Shown: positions 58,028 to 64,000 of the stretch, in pieces
Numbering within the stretch: the stretch's first letter is position 1
Layout: each line of letters begins with the position of its first letter
NCBI GenBank assembly: GCA_013416795.1
Contig: RQSC01000032.1
Location: 517,704 to 581,703 of the forward strand
Reading direction: 5' to 3'
Source: Prasinococcaceae sp. CCMP 1430
Taxonomy: Eukaryota > Plantae > Prasinodermophyta
Length of the DNA stretch: 64,000 bases
Position numbers and translations under genes: made by a program
Notes under the pieces: model-generated
Seen by the model: the letters and a program-made list of their open reading frames with translations, nothing else
The model's database searches: none
What the model was told of the DNA's origin: nothing

Positions 58028-58054
58028 GGGTTAGAAAGTACGTAATAGGGTTTA
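58028..58054. promoter_or_regulatory. Telo-box-like motifs in the GH28/hypothetical divergent promoter
   Basis: GGGTTAG...TAATAGGGTTTA. TAATAGGGTTT is shared exactly with the copy at 40641. Confidence 0.55.
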
Positions 58055-58281
58055 ATGACTCGGCTTCGCAGCTGCGGCGCGGCGTCGCAGGCGCAATCTG
58101 GCGGTGCGCGCGAGGAGCGTGCGGCGTCCGACCGCACCCCCAGGCGCGCGGCCGCGGCGTGCCGGAGGGAGCGACTGCGCACCCGCGAGGAGCGCGCTCT
58201 ACGCGCGCCGGGGTGCCCTGCCGCGCGCTCTGCCGCGCGCTCCGGCGTGCGCCGCGCGCCGCGCGGGAAGGAGCGGCAAAT

Positions 58282-59266
58282 ATGGAGGACGGGGCCGCGC
58301 CTGCCGCACCTACCGCACCTGCGGCGCCCGAAGCGGACCTGGCGGTGGCGACCGAGGCGGAGTTGGCGGCGGTGACAGAGCCAGTGGCGGTGTCTGTGGC
58401 GACTGAGCCTGCGGTGGTGCCCGTGGCCTGGACGCCGGCGGCAGGCTGGGCCAAACATGACGCTGCGGTGGCTAGTCTTGCGAAGGACGCTGAGGCGGTC
58501 GTCACGGGCGCGGCCAAGGACGCCAAAGAGTCCTTGGCCGCAGGCTGGGCAAAGCATGACGCCGCGATGGCTAGTTTGGCGAAGGATGCGGAGACTGCCG
58601 CCGCCGTTGCGGCCAAAGACGCCACAGCGTCTGCCGTGCGCAGCTACGCGGGCTTCCTGGAATCGCCGCGCGGTCGTGCGCTCATAGACGCGCTGCGGAC
58701 CGAGTTCGAGTCAGGTGCGCTCGCGCTCGCTGGCCCGCTCGCCTTTGTCCGCGTTCCCTGCCCCGATCCGCTGAACGCAAGACACTGACTCTGCAGCTCG
58801 GCGGCGACGCGTGCGCTCTCTGATACGCGCGCGCAGGTGTGTTGCAGCAGACAGACGAACACCTCAATGTGCGTGCGCCCAGCGCGCGAGCGTTGCACTA
58901 TTCGCAGTGTGCAGTGCGCGTGCGATATCCGTGCGCTGGCCGGGCCTGTGGTCGCCAAGCAAGGAATGCAATGCGACGACACGCTGACACACGCGCGTGG
59001 GTACGTGTGCATGGGCACAGTCGCTCATTGAATGGAAGGTGCGACGCCTCATCAAGCGCCATGCCAAGGAGGCGACCAAAGTGGCGTTCGGCGGTGCTGT
59101 CGTCGGCTCCGCCTGCGCGGCGCTCATGGTGCGGCTACTGAAGGGCCGGAACGGCAGGCGCAAGCAGGGTCCGTTCGGTGCCGTCGCGCGCTTCGTGCAG
59201 ACCGTCGCGCCCATCGCCGGCGCGGCCGCCGCGTGCGCGCTCGTCGTGCTCACCGGCGGCGACTAG
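58282..59266 (+). CDS. Hypothetical protein with an internal 33-aa-period repeat and two C-terminal hydrophobic segments
   Basis: Exons 58282-58714, 58837-58868 and 59021-59266 join in frame through canonical introns. AAGWAKHDAA(V/M)ASLAKDAE occurs twice. Confidence 0.7.
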
Positions 59267-59375
59267 TGTCCTGTTTGTATTTGTGTGTACATTCACTGCG
59301 TCGCGCCCCGTTTTCGGGGCGAGTGCACGCCGCGCCACACTCTGCGCCGCACCTCTGCCAGTGGTCGACGCTCCT

Positions 59376-59902
59376 TCACGCATTTGGTTTACTTGCGAGC
59401 GCGTTTAACACCAGCGCGCCGGCAAGCGTGAGGATGGTGGCCTGCGTGCCGGCGGTGCCGCCGACGCGGCCCAGAGCCCACTTTCGCGTCGTCCAGAAGG
59501 CGCGGCCGTGCCCGTACCGTGCGAGGCACAGCAGTGCGCCGAAGCCGTGCAGCGCTGCCGGCGGGAGCGCGCGCTCATGCTCGCAGAGTGCAAGCAAGCC
59601 CAGCGCCATGGGAACGTACTCGGCAAAGTTTGCGTGGCCGCGGATTCGCCGCTGCAAGAGTTCGTCGCCTCCATCACCACTCGAGACACCCTGCGAGCGG
59701 CAACGACAGCGCGCATGCGCGCGCGCGCGTGCGACTCGCCGGGTCAGCAGCTGGGCGCCGCGTACGCACGCGCAGGCATGCGCAAGGGGCGGGCCATCTC
59801 CGCCTTGGCCGCCCGTACCTTGCCCCTGCGCACCGATATCACACCGTACGATAGCACGCCATAGCCGAGGCCGAGCAGGCCGGCGTATAGGGACACCAGC
59901 AT
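59376..59902 (-). CDS. MAPEG family membrane protein (YecN-like)
   Basis: Exon 1 is MLVSLYAGLLGLGYGVLSYGVISVRRGK, followed by intron 59818-59691. Exon 2 is GVSSGDGGDELLQRRIRGHANFAEYVP. Confidence 0.88.
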
Positions 59903-60247
59903 CGTCGCACGCGTCCGTCCCGCCAGCCGCCCGCAGAGGTGGCGGACGAGGAGCCTATCGAGTGGCGCTCGACCGTCTTGCTGATGTCGCGGGGTGCCAG
60001 TCGACCCACGCTGAGCGGCGGGCGCGTGCGGCCTCGCCAGCGTGCGTGGGCGGTGCTGTGGCGGCAGCGCCGTCGTCGCGTCGCGGTCGGCGCCACGTCA
60101 TCGCCGCGGCAGCGGCCGTTGCCAAGCATGTCAAAACGCATGCGGCGGGGCGCCACATCGAAATGCACGCGTGAGAAGCGCATGTGGATTCCATATCGAA
60201 TCCATAGATTCCATTTGGGGGTTCCGCGTCCCCACGGGCGAGTAAAT

Positions 60248-62945
60248 ATGAAGTCAGGTGCGGCAGCGCAGCGACCGAGGCCGGCGGCGGCGGCGAGACC
60301 GAAAGGGAGCGGCTCGTGCGCACGGGCGTCATCACGCCCTTCGCGCAGATGGGCGGCGCCTTCGAGCGGCGCGAGGTCGTGCGCACCGTGCGCGCGCAGC
60401 CCGCGCGCCCCACCAGCAAGCTGATCCCTCTGGACGAATGCCCGAAGAGCGGCCTCAGGCCCGCGCCCAAGGGCATGCCCAAGGGCACGCTCAAGGGGAA
60501 GGCGGCCGGTCAGCCGCAGCGGCGGCGGCTGCAGGGTCGCGGGGCGGGCGAGGGGGAGGAGGACGCGCAGCCGCGGCGCGGCACGAACGTCGGCGGGCGG
60601 GTGCTTCCGGGCGGCCAGGGCGGGCGCGAGGTCGGCGCGGACGGGCGGCGCAAGCGCAGGCGCCTCGCGCGAGCCGAGCGCGAGGGAAACTTCGACGCCG
60701 CGCGCGCGGGCGGCCGCGCCGACGGCGACGGCGGCAGCGACGACGGCCTGGGCGACTACTCGGACGGCCGCGACGCCGACGGGAGCGAGGAGGAAGACGA
60801 CGGCGACGAGGGAGAGGACGGCGAGGTGGAGATCACCGGCGGCTTCAAGCTGTCCGGCGGCACGTGGGACAAGCTGCTCGACTACCAGCGCACGTGCGTC
60901 ACGTGGCTGTGGGAGCTGCACTGCCAGGGGTGCGGCGGCATCGTGGGCGACGAGATGGGCCTCGGCAAGACCGTGCAGATGGCGTCGTTCCTGGGCGGGC
61001 TGCACAGGTCCGGCAAGTACAAGCCCAGCATCATCGTGTGCCCCGCGACGATCCTGCGACAGTGGCTGCGGGAGCTCAGGACGTGGCACCCGGCGTTCAA
61101 GGTGGCCATCCTGCATCGCTCCGCGGGCGAGCACGCCAGCACCGCCGCCGGCGTTCGCGCGCTCGTCGCCCGCGTCGCCCGCAGCGCGGACGGCGTGCTC
61201 GTCACCACGTACGAGCAGCTGCGCATCCACGCTCCCGTCCTCCTCGGGGTGCCCTGGGGGTACGCGGTGCTCGACGAGGGGCACAAGATACGCAACCCCG
61301 ACGCCGCGGTCACGCTGGTGTGCAAGCAGCTGCGCACGGTGCACCGGATCGCGATGACCGGCGCGCCCGTGCAGAACAACCTCACCGAGCTCTGGTCGGT
61401 GTTCGACTTCGTCTTTCCGGGGCGGTTGGGCACGCTGCCGGTGTTCCAGGCGCAGTTCGCGCTGCCGATACAGGTGGGCGGCTACGCCACCGCGACGCGC
61501 GCGCAGGCGGCCGCGGCCTACAAGTGCGCGGTGCTGCTGCGCGACATGATCTCGCCGTACCTGCTGCGGCGCGTCAAGGCCGACGTGAGGACCAACCTGC
61601 CCAAGAAGACGGAGCAGGTGCTCTTCTGCCTGCTGGGGCGGGAGCAGCGCGACCTGTACCGCTCCTTCCTGGCGAGCGACGAGATGGACTCGGTGCTGCA
61701 GGGGAGGCGCCAGGCGCTCTACGCCATCGACGCGCTGCGCAAGATCTGCAACCACCCGGACCTCCTCGAGCGCGCGAGCGCGCAGCACGTCGAGGGCTAC
61801 GGCGCGGTGGCGCGCAGCGGCAAGCTGGGCGTGCTGGCGAGCATCATGCGGCGCTGGCGCGAGGCGGGCCGGCGCGCGCTCATCTTCTCGCAGACGCGGC
61901 AGGTGCTCGACATCATCGAGGCGCACGCGGCCGCGGGCGGGTACTCGTACCGCCGCATGGACGGCACCACGCCCGTCGGCGCGCGCGGGGCGCTCGTGGA
62001 CGAGTACAACGGCGACGACAGCATCTTCGCGTTCCTGCTCACGACCAAGGTGGGCGGGCTGGGCGTCAACCTCACCGGCGCCGACCGCGTGCTGGTGTTC
62101 GACCCCGACTGGAACCCGTCGACCGACGCCCAGGCGCGCGAGCGCGCCTGGCGCATCGGCCAGAGGAAGGAGGTCACCGTGTACCGGCTCATCACCTCGG
62201 GCACCATCGAGGAGAAGATCTACCACAGGCAGGTGTACAAGCAGCTGCTCACCGACCGCGTGCTCAAGGACCCCAAGCAGCGGCGGCTGTTCAAGGCCAA
62301 GGACATCCGCGACCTCTTCACGCTGGGCGACGAGTACAACGACGCGGGGGCCGAGACGGCCGCCATCTTCGCGGACGGCGCGGCGGACGTCGAGGTGGCG
62401 TGTCCGGGGACCGGCGGGGTCGGCGGCGGCGGCGGGAGCGGCGGGAGCGGCGGCGCGGACGGCGCGGACGATGGCGGCGGCGGGAGCGGTGGAGGGCGCG
62501 GCGGAGGGCGCGGCGGTGCCGACGGCGACGAGGGCGGCACGCACGGCGCCCTGCTGCGGCGCGAGGTGCACCGCGACGAGGGCGGCGACGGGTCCGACGA
62601 GGATGGCGCCGGCGCGTCGGGGAACGGCGGGGCCGGCGACGAGGGGCTGCTGGCGGGCCTGCTGAGCAACGGCGACGCCGAAAAGGTGTGTGTTTCGGCG
62701 TTTGGTTGGTTGGTTGGTTGGTGGGTGCTTTTTTTGGTGTGTTTTGTGTGTGTGTGTGTCATTGTGTTGTTGTGTGCACGCCCGCGCGCTGACATGCGCT
62801 GCCGGCGCGCGCGCCACCAGGCGAAGTCTGGCGTCGGGCGTGTGCTCAACCACGACGCGATGGTCGCCGCTGGTCACGACGCCGACGGCGACGCGAGCGT
62901 GCGAGCGCGCGCTGCGGCCGCGCGCGCCGAGGCGGACGCGGCGGC
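60248..62945 (+). CDS. ERCC6: SNF2-family transcription-coupled repair ATPase CSB/ERCC6/RAD26 (CHR8-like); both ends uncertain
   Basis: Motifs ETERERLVRTGVITPF, GDEMGLGKTVQ, LDEGHKIRNP, RKICNHPDL, TTKVGGLGVNLTGA, DPDWNPSTDAQARERAWRIGQ and EEKIYHRQVYK. Intron 62686-62820. Truncated at the N at 62946. Confidence 0.93.
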
Positions 62946-62946
62946 N

Positions 62947-63480
62947 CTGCCGCACACCCACAGGGGGGCGCTCAGCCCCTCCTCTCGAGCGCTCGCCCGA
63001 GGACGCCCTCGATGACGCGCCTGTTCTCGTCGCTGCCGCACACCCACAGGGGGGCGCTCAGCCCCTCCTCTCGAGCGCTCGCCCGAGGACGCCCTCGATG
63101 ACGCGCCTGTTCTCGTCGCTGCCGCACACCCACAGGGGGGCGCTCAGCCCCTCCTCTCGAGCGCTCGCCCGAGGACGCCCTCGATGACGCGCCTGTTCTC
63201 GTCGCTGCCGCACACCCACAGGGGGGCGCTCAGCCCCTCCTCTCGAGCGCTCGCCCGAGGACGCCCTCGATGACGCGCCTGTTCTCGTCGCTGCCGCACA
63301 CCCACAGGGGGGCGCTCAGCCCCTCCTCTCGAGCGCTCGCCCGAGGACGCCCTCGATGACGCGCCTGTTCTCGTCGCTGCCGCACACCCACAGGGGGGCG
63401 CTCAGCCCCTCCTCTCGAGCGCTCGCCCGAGGACGCCCTCGATGACGCGCCTGTTCTCGTCGCTGCCGCACACCCACAGG
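62947..63480. repeat. Perfect 86-bp tandem repeat, 6 full copies plus an 18-bp partial
   Basis: Units start at 62947, 63033, 63119, 63205, 63291, 63377 and 63463, with no differences seen. The unit is the 3' end (including the stop) of the adjacent GH3 gene. Confidence 0.95.
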
Positions 63481-64000
63481 CGCGAGGGCCCGGCGCCCTC
63501 CCCCTCCTCCGCGGGCGGCGCCGGCTCGACGTAGGCGGCGTGCAGCGCGTCCACGCGCGCGACCGCGGCCAGCAGCGTCGCCTCGTCCACCTCGCCGGCC
63601 TCGACCGCCTCCGCGATCGCCTCGATGGCCTCGAGCTGCTTTGACTCGGTGTGGCACACGAGGAACATGTCGACGCCCGCCTTGAGGCCCTCGACCACCG
63701 CGCGCCTCAGCGTGTAGTGCTTGGTGATGGCGCCCATCTCGAGGTCGTCCGTGAGCACCGCGCCCCGGAAGCCCATGCGCTCGCGCAGGTACGAGATGGC
63801 GGGGGCCGACATCGACGCGGGGAGCGGCTTTGTGGAGGGCTTGGGCTCGCCGCGGGCCTCCCCCTCGAACGCGGGCGCGAGCACGTGCGCCGCCAGCACC
63901 GCCGCCACGCCGCCCTCGACGGCCCGCTCGAAGGGCGGCAGCTCCACCTCCTGCAGCCTGCGCATGCCGTGGTCGAGGGTGGGCAGCTCGACGTGCGAGT
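63402..64000 (-). CDS. nagZ: GH3 beta-N-acetylhexosaminidase (NagZ-like), 3' part; runs off the window end
   Basis: The (D)SHVELP catalytic loop, ELPPF, PASMS, LRERMGFRGAVLTDDLEMGAI and AGVD. Confidence 0.85.
   Translation of the reverse strand, partial: SHVELPTLDHGMRRLQEVELPPFERAVEGGVAAVLAAHVLAPAFEGEARGEPKPSTKPLPASMSAPAISYLRERMGFRGAVLTDDLEMGAITKHYTLRRAVVEGLKAGVDMFLVCHTESKQLEAIEAIAEAVEAGEVDEATLLAAVARVDALHAAYVEPAPPAEEGEGAGPSRLWVCGSDENRRVIEGVLGRALERRG

Noticed and set aside
3534-62820. Introner-like repeated introns
   Set aside because: The introns share only donor, branch and acceptor consensus and (GC)n content; I saw no mutual sequence similarity.
29394-62820. Several stop-free introns of 3n length (102, 93, 105, 93 and 135 nt) suggesting regulated retention
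   Set aside because: About a third of introns are 3n by chance, and stops are rare at this GC content.
590-62961. Many long antisense or alternative-frame ORFs (e.g. 590-2548, 6067-7458, 25649-27547, 59839-62961)
   Set aside because: They are shadows of real genes, expected from high GC and third-position codon bias.
62947-63480. Possible CRISPR array
   Set aside because: The units are head-to-tail with no unique spacers, the context is eukaryotic, and there are no cas genes.

Overview
This is eukaryotic nuclear DNA, not bacterial. It is a very GC-rich, gene-dense green-algal (prasinophyte-grade) scaffold, with short GT-AG introns (donor mostly GTGCG, branch GCTGAC/GCTAAC), the chlorophyte-type TGTAA poly(A) signal after many stop codons, and plastid-type genes (FBPase, transketolase, stearoyl-ACP desaturase). 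About 29 protein genes can be reconstructed: a telobox-Myb protein, ALKBH8, PYD1, a p24/GOLD protein, a DYRK2-class kinase, UBC2/RAD6, DBP9, an ACT-STY kinase, a PILS-like carrier, transketolase, LpxB, 3-hydroxybutyryl-CoA dehydrogenase, SAD, PDH E2, FBPase, PurK-PurE, an acid phosphatase, SerRS, MFAP1, a PI-PLC-like enzyme, an SLC19-like carrier, GH28, MAPEG, CSB/ERCC6, NagZ and several unknowns. The main observations are: (1) a single-pass surface protein with two tandem Frizzled-like cysteine-rich domains; (2) a ~230-bp bacterial operon fragment (lytic transglycosylase C-terminus overlapping a lipoprotein start) bracketed by a ~32-bp direct repeat; (3) telomere-like (telo-box) motifs at most divergent promoters, with a telobox-Myb gene in the same window; (4) an unsplit, animal-like ALKBH8. 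The assembly is draft quality (N gaps, homopolymer runs, a perfect 86-bp repeat beside an N, several missing gene starts), so some oddities may be artefacts. All product calls come from motifs recognised by eye; no searches were run.
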